In this document: one piece after another, positions 25,801 to 40,433 of the stretch
How the letters are laid out: each line of letters begins with the position of its first letter
Position numbering within the stretch: the stretch's first letter is position 1
Assembly (NCBI RefSeq): GCF_009914755.1
Contig: NC_060939.1
Length of the DNA: 64,000 nt
Direction: 5' to 3' (one strand)
Source of the DNA: the human T2T-CHM13v2.0 reference genome, Homo sapiens
Translations under genes and position numbers: made by a program
Notes under the pieces: model-generated
The model's input: only the letters and a program-made list of their open reading frames with translations
What the model was told of the DNA's origin: nothing
Databases searched by the model: none

Positions 25801-28800
25801 ATTACTTTCATTTCCATTCAATTCCATTCCATTTGATTCCATTCCACTCGGTTTCATTCCATTTGAGTCCACTCCATTCCATTCCATTCCATTCCATTCA
25901 GTTCCATTCCATTCTGTTCCATTCCATTCCGTTCCATTACATTCCATTCCATTCGGTACCATTCCATATTGTTCCATTCGATTCCATTCGAATCCATTCC
26001 ATTCCAGTCCATTCCATTCGATTCCATTCCATTCATTTCAATTCCATTCCATTCCATTCCATTACATTCCACTTGATTCCTCTCCATTCCCTTCCACTGC
26101 ATTCCGTTCGATTCCATTCCATTGCATTGCATTCCATTCCATTGGATTGCATTCCATTCGATTCCATTCCATTCGAATCAATTACATAGCAATCCATTAC
26201 ATTCGAGTCTATTCTATTCCGTTCCATTCGATTTCGTTCCAATCCATTCGATTCCATTCCATTCGATTCCATTCCATACTATTGCATTCCATTCGATTAC
26301 ATTATATTCGAATAAGTTCCATTCAAGACCATTTCTTTTGAGTCCATTCTATTTGAGTCCATTCCCTTTGATTCCATAACATTTGAGTCCATTCAATTCC
26401 ATTCCTTTCGTTTGCATTCCATTTGATGCCATTCCATTCAATTCTGTTCTACTCGACTCCAATACATTCAATTCCATTCCATCCGATTCCATTACATTCT
26501 TTTCATTTCTTATCCATTTCAAGCCATTCCACTCCATTCCATTCCACTCGTTTCCTTTCCATTCGAGTCCATTCCTCTCCAGTCCATTCCGTTCAATCCA
26601 TTCCATTCCAGTCCATTCCATTCGAGTCCGTTCCATTCCAGTCCATTCCATGCGAGTCAATTCCATCCCATTCGATGTCTTTCCATAACGATCCATTCCA
26701 TTCTATTCCTTTCGATTCCATTCCATTCTATTTCATTCCATTCGATTCCCTTCCATTGGACTCCTTTCCATTCGAGTGCATTCCATTCCGTTCCATTTCT
26801 TTCCGTTCTGTACGATTCCTACCGTTCGATTTCATTTTGTTCCAGTCCATTCCTTTCGCGTCCATTCCATTCCATTTCACTCCATTCGATTCCATTCCAC
26901 TCGATTCCACTTCGTTCCATTTCATTGCATTCCATTCTATTCAACTCTATTGCCTTCCATTCCATTCCATTCGATTACATTCCATGCGATTCCATTCGAA
27001 ATCGAATCAATTACATTGCAATCCATTACTATTGAGTCCATTTTATTCCAGTCCACTGCATTCTGGTCCATTCCATTTGATTCCATTCCATTCTATTCCA
27101 TTCCATACAGTTGCATTCCATTGGATTCCATTCTATATCTATAAATTCAATTGGAGACCATTGCTTTTGAGTCCATTCTATATGATTCCATTCCATTCAA
27201 GTCCATTACATTTGGTTCAATTCCATTCCATTCCATTCCCTTCCATTCCATTCCAGTTGATATCAATCCATTCGATTCCATTCCATTCGAGCACATTCCA
27301 TTCGAGTGCATTCCATTCGATGCCATTCCATTTGATTCTATTCCATTAGTCTCCATTCAATTCCATTAATCTCCATTCCATTCCATTCTACTCCAACTGA
27401 TTCCATTCCATTCTATTCCTTTCCATTCCATTTCATTCCATTCCATTCCATTTCATTCCATTCCATTCCATTCGCTTCCATTCCATTCGTGTCCATTCCA
27501 CTCCAGTCCATTCCATTCGTGTCCATTCCATTCCAGTCCATTCCATTTGTGTCCACTGCATTCCATTCCACTCCATTCCATATTATTCCTTTACACTCCG
27601 TTCCATTCTATTACTTTCATTTCCATTCAATTCCATTCCATTTGATTCCATTCCACTCGGTTTCATTCCATTTGAGTCCACTCCATTCCATTCCATTCCA
27701 TTCCATTCAGTTCCATTCCATTCTGTTCCATTCCATTCCGTTCCATTGCATTCCATTCCATTCGGTACCATTCCATATTGTTCCATTCGATTCCATTCGA
27801 ATCCATTCCATTCCAGTCCATTCCATTCGATTCCATTCCATTCCTTTCAATTCCATTCCATTCCATTCCATTCCACTTGATTCCACTCCATTCCCTTCCA
27901 CTGCATTCCATTCGATTCCATTCCATTGCATTGCATTCCATTCCATTGGACTGCATTCCATTCGATTCCATTCCATTCGAATCAATTACATAGCAATCCA
28001 TTACATTCGAGTCTATTCTATTCCGTTCCATTCGATTTCGTTCCTATCCATTCGATTCCATTCCATTCGATTCCATTCCATACTATTGCATTCCATTCGA
28101 TTACATTATATTCGAATAAGTTCCATTCAAGACCATTTCTTTTGAGTCCATTCTATTTGAGTCCATTCCCTTTGATTCCATAACATTTGAGTCCATTCAA
28201 TTCCATTCCTTTCGTTTGCATTCCATTTGATGCCATTCCATTCAATTCTGTTCTACTCGACTCCAATACATTCAATTCCATTCCATCCGATTCCATTACA
28301 TTCTTTTCATTTCTTATCCATTTCAAGCCATTCCACTCCATTCCATTCCACTCGTTTCCTTTCCATTCGAGTCCATTCCTCTCCAGTCCATTCCGTTCAA
28401 TCCATTCCATTCCAGTCCGTTCCATTCGAGTCCGTTCCATTCCAGTCCATTCCATTTGAGTCAATTCCATTCCATTCGATGTCTTTCCATAACGATCCAT
28501 TCCATTCTATTCCTTTCGATTCCATTCCATTCTATTTCATTCCATTCGATTCCCTTCCATTGGACTCCTTTCCATTCGAGTGCATTCCATTCCGTTCCAT
28601 TTCTTTCCGTTCTGTACGATTCCTACCGTTCGATTTCATTTTGTTCCAGTCCATTCCTTTCGCGTCCATTCCATTCCATTTCACTCCATTCGATTCCATT
28701 CCACTCGATTCCACTTCGTTCCATTTCATTGCATTCCATTCTATTCAACTCTATTGCCTTCCATTCCATTCCATTCGATTACATTCCATGCGATTCCATT

Positions 28801-31800
28801 CGAAATCGAATCAATTACATTGCAATCCATTACTATTGAGTCCGTTTTATTCCAGTCCACTGCATTCTGGTCCATTCCATTTGATTCCATTCCATTTTAT
28901 TCCATTCCATACAGTTGCATTCCATTGGATTCCATGCTATATCTATAAATTCAATTCGAGACCATTGTTTTTGAGTCCATTCTATATGTTTCCATTCCAT
29001 TCAAGTCCATTACATTTGGTTCAATTCCATTCCATTCCATTCCCTTCCATTCCATTCCAGTTGATATCAATCCATTCGATTCCATTCCATTCGAGCACAT
29101 TCCATTCGAGTCCATTCCATTCGATGCCATTCCATTTGATTCTATTCCATTAGTCTCCATTCAATTCCATTAATCTCCATTCCATTCCATTCTACTCCAA
29201 CTGATTCCATTCCATTCTATTCCTTTCCATTCCATTTCATTCCATTCCATTCCATTTCATTCCATTCCATTCCAATCGCTTCCATTCCATTCGTGTCCAT
29301 TCCACTCCAGTCCATTCCATTCGTGTCCATTCCATTCCAGTCCATTCCATTTGTGTCCACTGCATTCCATTCCACTCCATTCCATATTATTCCATTACAC
29401 TCCGTTCCATACTATTACTTTCATTTCCATTCAATTCCATTCCATTTGATTCCATTCCACTCGGTTTCATTCCATTTGAGTCCACTCCATTCCATTCCAT
29501 TCCATTCCATTCAGTTCCATTCCATTCTGTTCCATTCCATTCCGTTCCATTGCATTCCATTCCATTCGGTACCATTCCATATTGTTCCATTCGATTCCAT
29601 TCGAATCCATTCCATTCCAGTCCATTCCATTCGATTCCATTCCATTCCTTTCAATTCCATTCCATTCCATTCCATTCCACTTGATTCCACTCCATTCCCT
29701 TCCACTGCATTCCATTCGATTCCATTCCATTGCATTGCATTCCATTCCATTGGACTGCATTCCATTCGATTCCATTCCATTCGAATCAATTACATAGCAA
29801 TCCATTACATTCGAGTCTATTCTATTCCGTTCCATTCGATTTCGTTCCAATCCATTCGATTCCATTCCATTCGATTCCATTCCATACTATTGCATTCCAT
29901 TCTATTACATTATATTCGAATAAGTTCCATTCAAGACCATTTCTTTTGAGTCCATTCTATTTGAGTCCATTCCCTTTGATTCCATAACATTTGAGTCCAT
30001 TCAATTCCATTCCTTTCGTTTCCATTCCATTTGATGCCATTCCGTTCAATTCTGTTCTACTCGACTCCAATACATTCAATTCCATTCCATCCGATTCCAT
30101 TACATTCTTTTCATTTCTTATCCATTTCAAGCCATTCCACTCCATTCCATTCCACTCGTTTCCTTTCCATTCGAGTCCATTCCTCTCCAGTCCATTCCGT
30201 TCAATCCATTCCATTCCAGTCCATTCCATTCGAGTCCGTTCCATTCCAGTCCATTCCATTCGAGTCAATTCCATTCCATTCGATGTCTTTCCATAACGAT
30301 CCATTCCATTCTATTCCTTTCGATTCCATTCCATTCTATTTCTTCCATTCGATTCCCTTCCATTGGACTCCTTTCCATTCGAGTGCATTCCATTCCATTC
30401 CATTTCTTTCCGTTCTGTACGATTCCTACCGTTCGATTTCATTTTGTTCCAGTCCATTCTTTCGCGTCCATTCCATTCCATTTCACTCCATTCGATTCCA
30501 TTCCACTCGATTCCACTTCGTTCCATTTCATTGCATTCCATTCTATTCAACTCTATTGCCTTCCATTCCATTCCATTCGATTACATTCCATGCGATTCCA
30601 TTCGAAATCGAATCAATTACATTGCAATCCATTACTATTGAGTCCGTTTTATTCCAGTCCACTGCATTCTGGTCCATTCCATTTGATTCCATTCCATTCT
30701 ATTCCATTCCATACAGTTGCATTCCATTGGATTCCATGCTATATCTATAAATTCAATTGGAGACCATTGCTTTTGAGTCCATTCTATATGATTCCATTCC
30801 ATTCAAGTCCATTACATTTGGTTCAATTCCATTCCATTCCATTCCCTTCCATTCCATTCCAGTTGATATCAATCCATTCGATTCCATTCCATTCGAGCAC
30901 ATTCCATTCGAGTGCATTCCATTCGATGCCATTCCATTTGATTCTATTCCATTAGTCTCCATTCAATTCCATTAATCTCCATTCCATTCCATTCTACTCC
31001 AACTGATTCCATTCCATTCTATTCCTTTCCATTCCATTTCATTCCATTCCATTCCATTTCATTCCATTCCATTCCATTTCATTCCATTCCATTCCATTCG
31101 CTTCCATTCCATTCGTGTCCATTCCACTCCAGTCCATTCCATTCGTGTCCATTCCATTCCAGTCCATTCCATTTGTGTCCACTGCATTCCATTCCACTCC
31201 ATTCCATATTATTCCATTACACTCCATTCCATTCTATTACTTTCATTTCCATTCAATTCCATTCCATTTGATTCCATTCCACTCGGTTTCATTCCATTTG
31301 AGTCCACTCCATTCCATTCCATTCCATTCCATTCAGTTCCATTCCATTCTGTTCCATTCCATTCCGTTCCATTGCATTCCATTCCATTCGGTACCATTCC
31401 ATATTGTTCCATTCGATTCCATTCGAATCCATTCCATTCCAGTCCATTCCATTCGATTCCATTCCATTCCTTTCAATTCCATTCCATTCCATTCCATTCC
31501 ACTTGATTCCACTCCATTCCCTTCCACTGCATTCCATTCGATTCCATTCCATTGCATTGCATTCCATTCCATTGGATTGCATTCCATTCGATTCCATTCC
31601 ATTCGAATCAATTACATAGCAATCCATTACATTCGAGTCTATTCTATTCCGTTCCATTCGATTTCGTTCCAATCCATTCGATTCCATTCCATTCGATTCC
31701 ATTCCATACTATTGCATTCCATTCGATTATATTATATTCGAATAAGTTCCATTCAAGACCATTTCTTTTGAGTCCATTCTATTTGAGTCCATTCCCTTTG

Positions 31801-34800
31801 ATTCCATAACATTTGAGTCCATTCAATTCCATTCCTTTCGTTTCCATTCCATTTGATGCCATTCCATTCAATTCTGTTCTACTTGACTCCAATACATTCA
31901 ATTCCATTCCATCCGATTCCATTACATTCTTTTCATTTCTTATCCATTTCAAGCCATTCCACTCCATTCCATTCCACTCGTTTCCTTTCCATTCGAGTCC
32001 ATTCCTCTCCAGTCCATTCCGTTCAATCCATTCCATTCCAGTCCATTCCATTCGAGTCCGTTCCATTCCAATCCAATCCATTCGAGTCAATTCCATCCCA
32101 TTCGATGTCTTTCCATAACGATCCATTCCATTCTATTCCTTTCGATTCCATTCCATTCTATTTCATTCCATTCGATTCCCTTCCATTGGACTCCTTTCCA
32201 TTCGAGTGCATTCCATTCCGTTCCATTTCTTTCCGTTCTGTACGATTCCTACCGTTCGATTTCATTTTGTTCCAGTCCATTCCTTTCGCGTCCATTCCAT
32301 TCCATTTCACTCCATTCGATTCCATTCCACTCGATTCCACTTCGTTCCATTTCATTGCATTCCATTCTATTCAACTCTATTGCCTTCCATTCCATTCCAT
32401 TCGATTACATTCCATGCGATTCCATTCGAAATCGAATCAATTACATTGCAATCCATTACTATTGAGTCCGTTTTATTCCAGTCCACTGCATTCTGGTCCA
32501 TTCCATTTGATTCCATTCCATTCTATTCCATTCCATACAGTTGCATTCCATTGGATTCCATGCTATATCTATAAATTCAATTCGAGACCATTGCTTTTGA
32601 GTCCATTCTATATGATTCCATTCCATTCAAGTCCATTACATTTGGTTCAATTCCATTCCATTCCATTCCCTTCCATTCCATTCCAGTTGATATCAATCCA
32701 TTCGATTCCATTCCATTCGAGCACATTCCATTCGAGTCCATTCCATTCGATGCCATTCCATTTGATTCTATTCCATTAGTCTCCATTCAATTCCATTAAT
32801 CTCCATTCCATTCCATTCTACTCCAACTGATTCCATTCCATTCTATTCTTTCCATTCCATTTCATTCCATTCCATTCCATTTCATTCCATTCCATTCCAT
32901 TCGTGTCCATTCCACTCCAGTCCATTCCATTCGTGTCCATTCCATTCCAGTCCATTCCATTTGTGTCCACTGCATTCCATTCCACTCCATTCCATATTAT
33001 TCCATTACACTCCATTCCATTCTATTACTTTCATTTCCATTCAATTCCATTCCATTTGATTCCATTCCACTCGGTTTCATTCCATTTGAGTCCACTCCAT
33101 TCCATTCCATTCCATTCCATTCAGTTCCATTCCATTCTGTTCCATTCCATTCCGTTCCATTACATTCCATTCCATTCGGTACCATTCCATATTGTTCCAT
33201 TCGATTCCATTCGAATCCATTCCATTCCAGTCCATTCCATTCGATTCCATTCCATTCATTTCAATTCCATTCCATTCCATTCCATTACATTCCACTTGAT
33301 TCCTCTCCATTCCCTTCCACTGCATTCCGTTCGATTCCATTCCATTGCATTGCATTCCATTCCATTGGATTGCATTCCATTCGATTCCATTCCATTCGAA
33401 TCAATTACATTGCAACCCATTACATTCGAGTCTATTCTCTTCCGTTCCATTCGATTTCGTTCCAATCCATTCGATTCCATTCCATTCGATTCCATTCCAT
33501 ACTATTGCATTCCATTCGATTACATTATATTCGAATAAGTTCCATTCAAGACCATTTCTTTTGAGTCCATTCTATTTGAGTCCATTCCCTTTGATTCCAT
33601 AACATTTGAGTCCATTCAATTCCATTCCTTTCGTTTGCATTCCATTTGATGCCATTCCATTCAATTCTGTTCTACTCGACTCCAATACATTCAATTCCAT
33701 TCCATCCGATTCCATTACATTCTTTTCATTTCTTATCCATTTCAAGCCATTCCACTCCATTCCATTCCACTCGTTTCCTTTCCATTCGAGTCCATTCCTC
33801 TCCAGTCCATTCCGTTCAATCCATTCCATTCCAGTCCATTCCATTCGAGTCTATTCCATTCCAGTCCATTCCATTCGAGTCAAATCCATCCCATTCGATG
33901 TCTTTCCATAACGATCCATTCCATTCTATTCCTTTCGATTCCATTCCATTCTATTTCATTCCATTCGATTCCCTTCCATTGGACTCCTTTCCATTCGAGT
34001 GCATTCCATTCCGTTCCATTTCTTTCCGTTCTGTACGATTCCTACCGTTCGATTTCATTTTGTTCCAGTCCATTCCTTTCGCGTCCATTCCATTCCATTT
34101 CACTCCATTCGATTCCATTCCACTCGATTCCACTTCGTTCCATTTCATTGCATTCCATTCTATTCAACTCTATTGCCTTCCATTCCATTCCATTCGATTA
34201 CATTCCATGCGATTCCATTCGAAATCGAATCAATTACATTGCAATCCATTACTATTGAGTCCGTTTTATTCCAGTCCACTGCATTCTGGTCCATTCCATT
34301 TGATTCCATCCCATTTTATTCCATTCCATACAGTTGCATTCCATTGGATTCCATGCTATATCTATAAATTCAATTCGAGACCATTGCTTTTGAGTCCATT
34401 CTATATGTTTCCATTCCATTCAAGTCCATTACATTTGGTTCAATTCCATTCCATTCCATTCCCCTCCATTCCATTCCAGTTGATATCAATCCATTCGATT
34501 CCATTCCATTCGAGCACATTCCATTCGAGTCCATTCCATTCGATGCCATTCCATTTGATTCTATTCCATTAGTCTCCATTCAATTCCATTAATCTCCATT
34601 CCATTCCATTCTACTCCAACTGATTCCATTCCATTCTATTCCTTTCCATTCCATTTCATTCCATTCCATTCCATTCGCTTCCATTCCATTCGTGTCCATT
34701 CCACTCCAGTCCATTCCATTTGTGTCCACTGCATTCCATTCCACTCCATTCCATATTATTCCATTACACTCCATTCCATTCTATTACTTTCATTTCCATT

Positions 34801-37800
34801 CAATTCCATTCCATTTGATTCCATTCCACTCGGTTTCATTCCATTTGAGTCCACTCCATTCCATTCCATTCCATTCCATTCCATTCAGTTCCATTCCATT
34901 CTGTTCCATTCCATTCCGTTCCATTGCATTCCATTCCATTCGGTACCATTCCATATTGTTCCATTCGATTCCATTCGAATCCATTCCATTCCAGTCCATT
35001 CCATTCGATTCCATTCCATTCCTTTCAATTCCATTCCATTCCATTCCATTCCACTTGATTCCACTCCATTCCCTTCCACTGCATTCCATTCGATTCCATT
35101 CCATTGCATTGCATTCCATTCCATTGGACTGCATTCCATTCGATTCCATTCCATTCGAATCAATTACATAGCAATCCATTACATTCGAGTCTATTCTATT
35201 CCGTTCCATTCGATTTCGTTCCAATCCATTCGATTCCATTCCATTCGATTCCATTCCATACTATTGCATTCCATTCGATTACATTATATTCGAATAAGTT
35301 CCATTCAAGACCATTTCTTTTGAGTCCATTCTATTTGAGTCCATTCCCTTTGATTCCATAACATTTGAGTCCATTCAATTCCATTCCTTTCGTTTCCATT
35401 CCATTTGATGCCATTCCATTCAATTCTGTTCTACTCGACTCCAATACATTCAATTCCATTCCATCCGATTCCATTACATTCTTTTCATTTCTTATCCATT
35501 TCAAGCCATTCCACTCCATTCCATTCCACTCGTTTCCTTTCCATTCGAGTCCATTCCTCTCCAGTCCATTCCGTTCAATCCATTCCATTCCAGTCCATTC
35601 CATTCGAGTCCGTTCCATTCCAGTCCATTCCATTCGAGTCAATTCCATCCCATTCGATGTCTTTCCATAACGATCCATTCCATTCTATTCCTTTCGATTC
35701 CATTCCATTCTATTTCATTCCATTCGATTCCCTTCCATTGGACTCCTTTCCATTCGAGTGCATTCCATTCCGTTCCATTTCTTTCCGTTCTGTACGATTC
35801 CTACCGTTCGATTTCATTTTGTTCCAGTCCATTCCTTTCGCGTCCATTCCATTCCATTTCACTCCATTCGATTCCATTCCACTCGATTCCACTTCGTTCC
35901 ATTTCATTGCATTCCATTCTATTCAACTCTATTGCCTTCCATTCCATTCCATTCGATTACATTCCATGCGATTCCATTCGAAATCGAATCAATTACATTG
36001 CAATCCATTACTATTGAGTCCGTTTTATTCCAGTCCACTGCATTCTGGTCCATTCCATTTGATTCCATTCCATTCTATTCCATTCCATACAGTTGCATTC
36101 CATTGGATTCCATGCTATATCTATAAATTCAATTCGAGACCATTGCTTTTGAGTCCATTCTATATGATTCCATTCCATTCAAGTCCATTACATTTGGTTC
36201 AATTCCATTCCATTCCATTCCCTTCCATTCCATTCCATTTGATATCAATCCATTCGATTCCATTCCATTCGAGCACATTCCATTCGAGTCCATTCCATTC
36301 GATGCCATTCCATTTGATTCTATTCCATTAGTCTCCATTCAATTCCATTAATCTCCATTCCATTCCATTCTACTCCAACTGATTCCATTCCATTCTATTC
36401 TTTCCATTCCATTTCATTCCATTCCATTCCATTTCATTCCATTCCATTCCATTCGTGTCCATTCCACTCCAGTCCATTCCATTCGTGTCCATTCCATTCC
36501 AGTCCATTCCATTTGTGTCCACTGCATTCCATTCCACTCCATTCCATATTATTCCATTACACTCCATTCCATTCTATTACTTTCATTTCCATTCAATTCC
36601 ATTCCATTTGATTCCATTCCACTCGGTTTCATTCCATTTGAGTCCACTCCATTCCATTCCATTCCATTCCATTCAGTTCCATTCCATTCTGTTCCATTCC
36701 ATTCCGTTCCATTACATTCCATTCCATTCGGTACCATTCCATATTGTTCCATTCGATTCCATTCGAATCCATTCCATTCCAGTCCATTCCATTCGATTCC
36801 ATTCCATTCATTTCAATTCCATTCCATTCCATTCCATTACATTCCACTTGATTCCTCTCCATTCCCTTCCACTGCATTCCGTTCGATTCCATTCCATTGC
36901 ATTGCATTCCATTCCATTGGATTGCATTCCATTCGATTCCATTCCATTCGAATCAATTACATTGCAACCCATTACATTCGAGTCTATTCTCTTCCGTTCC
37001 ATTCGATTTCGTTCCAATCCATTCGATTCCATTCCATTCGATTCCATTCCATACTATTGCATTCCATTCGATTACATTATATTCGAATAAGTTCCATTCA
37101 AGACCATTTCTTTTGAGTCCATTCTATTTGAGTCCATTCCCTTTGATTCCATAACATTTGAGTCCATTCAATTCCATTCCTTTCGTTTGCATTCCATTTG
37201 ATGCCATTCCATTCAATTCTGTTCTACTCGACTCCAATACATTCAATTCCATTCCATCCGATTCCATTACATTCTTTTCATTTCTTATCCATTTCAAGCC
37301 ATTCCACTCCATTCCATTCCACTCGTTTCCTTTCCATTCGAGTCCATTCCTCTCCAGTCCATTCCGTTCAATCCATTCCATTCCAGTCCATTCCATTCGA
37401 GTCCGTTCCATTCCAGTCCATTCCATTCGAGTCAAATCCATCCCATTCGATGTCTTTCCATAACGATCCATTCCATTCTATTCCTTTCGATTCCATTCCA
37501 TTCTATTTCATTCCATTCGATTCCCTTCCATTGGACTCCTTTCCATTCGAGTGCATTCCATTCCGTTCCATTTCTTTCCGTTCTGTACGATTCCTACCGT
37601 TCGATTTCATTTTGTTCCAGTCCATTCCTTTCGCGTCCATTCCATTCCATTTCACTCCATTCGATTCCATTCCACTCGATTCCACTTCGTTCCATTTCAT
37701 TGCATTCCATTCTATTCAACTCTATTGCCTTCCATTCCATTCCATTCGATTACATTCCATGCGATTCCATTCGAAATCGAATCAATTACATTGCAATCCA

Positions 37801-40433
37801 TTACTATTGAGTCCGTTTTATTCCAGTCCACTGCATTCTGGTCCATTCCATTTGATTCCATCCCATTTTATTCCATTCCATACAGTTGCATTCCATTGGA
37901 TTCCATGCTATATCTATAAATTCAATTCGAGACCATTGCTTTTGAGTCCATTCTATATGTTTCCATTCCATTCAAGTCCATTACATTTGGTTCAATTCCA
38001 TTCCATTCCATTCCCCTCCATTCCATTCCAGTTGATATCAATCCATTCGATTCCATTCCATTCGAGCACATTCCATTCGAGTCCATTCCATTCGATGCCA
38101 TTCCATTTGATTCTATTCCATTAGTCTCCATTCAATTCCATTAATCTCCATTCCATTCCATTCTACTCCAACTGATTCCATTCCATTCTATTCCTTTCCA
38201 TTCCATTTCATTCCATTCCATTCCATTCGCTTCCATTCCATTCGTGTCCATTCCACTCCAGTCCATTCCATTTGTGTCCACTGCATTCCATTCCACTCCA
38301 TTCCATATTATTCCATTACACTCCATTCCATTCTATTACTTTCATTTCCATTCAATTCCATTCCATTTGATTCCATTCCACTCGGTTTCATTCCATTTGA
38401 GTCCACTCCATTCCATTCCATTCCATTCCATTCAGTTCCATTCCATTCTGTTCCATTCCATTCCGTTCCATTGCATTCCATTCCATTCGGTACCATTCCA
38501 TATTGTTCCATTCGATTCCATTCGAATCCATTCCATTCCAGTCCATTCCATTCGATTCCATTCCATTCCTTTCAATTCCATTCCATTCCATTCCATTCCA
38601 CTTGATTCCACTCCATTCCCTTCCACTGCATTCCATTCGATTCCATTCCATTGCATTGCATTCCATTCCATTGGACTGCATTCCATTCGATTCCATTCCA
38701 TTCGAATCAATTACATAGCAATCCATTACATTCGAGTCTATTCTATTCCGTTCCATTCGATTTCGTTCCAATCCATTCGATTCCATTCCATTCGATTCCA
38801 TTCCATACTATTGCATTCCATTCGATTACATTATATTCGAATAAGTTCCATTCAAGACCATTTCTTTTGAGTCCATTCTATTTGAGTCCATTCCCTTTGA
38901 TTCCATAACATTTGAGTCCATTCAATTCCATTCCTTTCGTTTCCATTCCATTTGATGCCATTCCATTCAATTCTGTTCTACTCGACTCCAATACATTCAA
39001 TTCCATTCCATCCGATTCCATTACATTCTTTTCATTTCTTATCCATTTCAAGCCATTCCACTCCATTCCATTCCACTCGTTTCCTTTCCATTCGAGTCCA
39101 TTCCTCTCCAGTCCATTCCGTTCAATCCATTCCATTCCAGTCCATTCCATTCGAGTCCGTTCCATTCCAGTCCATTCCATTCGAGTCAATTCCATCCCAT
39201 TCGATGTCTTTCCATAACGATCCATTCCATTCTATTCCTTTCGATTCCATTCCATTCTATTTCATTCCATTCGATTCCCTTCCATTGGACTCCTTTCCAT
39301 TCGAGTGCATTCCATTCCGTTCCATTTCTTTCCGTTCTGTACGATTCCTACCGTTCGATTTCATTTTGTTCCAGTCCATTCCTTTCGCGTCCATTCCATT
39401 CCATTTCACTCCATTCGATTCCATTCCACTCGATTCCACTTCGTTCCATTTCATTGCATTCCATTCTATTCAACTCTATTGCCTTCCATTCCATTCCATT
39501 CGATTACATTCCATGCGATTCCATTCGAAATCGAATCAATTACATTGCAATCCATTACTATTGAGTCCGTTTTATTCCAGTCCACTGCATTCTGGTCCAT
39601 TCCATTTGATTCCATTCCATTCTATTCCATTCCATACAGTTGCATTCCATTGGATTCCATGCTATATCTATAAATTCAATTCGAGACCATTGCTTTTGAG
39701 TCCATTCTATATGATTCCATTCCATTCAAGTCCATTACATTTGGTTCAATTCCATTCCATTCCATTCCCTTCCATTCCATTCCATTTGATATCAATCCAT
39801 TCGATTCCATTCCATTCGAGCACATTCCATTCGAGTCCATTCCATTCGATGCCATTCCATTTGATTCTATTCCATTAGTCTCCATTCAATTCCATTAATA
39901 TCCATTCCATTCCATTCTACTCCAACTGATTCCATTCCATTCTATTCTTTCCATTCCATTTCATTCCATTCCATTCCATTTCATTCCATTCCATTCCATT
40001 CGTGTCCATTCCACTCCAGTCCATTCCATTCGTGTCCATTCCATTCCAGTCCATTCCATTTGTGTCCACTGCATTCCATTCCACTCCATTCCATATTATT
40101 CCATTACACTCCATTCCATTCTATTACTTTCATTTCCATTCAATTCCATTCCATTTGATTCCATTCCACTCGGTTTCATTCCATTTGAGTCCACTCCATT
40201 CCATTCCATTCCATTCCATTCAGTTCCATTCCATTCTGTTCCATTCCATTCCGTTCCATTACATTCCATTCCATTCGGTACCATTCCATATTGTTCCATT
40301 CGATTCCATTCGAATCCATTCCATTCCAGTCCATTCCATTCGATTCCATTCCATTCATTTCAATTCCATTCCATTCCATTCCATTACATTCCACTTGATT
40401 CCTCTCCATTCCCTTCCACTGCATTCCGTTCGA
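15400..40433 (+). repeat. 25,034-bp 14-monomer super-repeat, copy 1 (start boundary approximate)
   Basis: Monomer landmarks and ORF translations recur at +25034 (15711/40745, 17470/42504, 22815/47849, 30031/55065, 37198/62232), including private variants: BamHI 17736/42770 and NruI 21751/46785. Confidence 0.92.
22815..31852 (+). repeat. Block of five heterogeneous monomers (1794,1814,1804,1804,1822 bp) inside the 14-mer, copy 1
   Basis: Landmarks at 22815, 24609, 26423, 28227, 30031, 31853. Private or locally shared variants include CCAACCGA, CCCTGC, TTGGAGACC, ACACTCCGTT and 1-bp deletions near 30342 and 30459. Confidence 0.85.
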
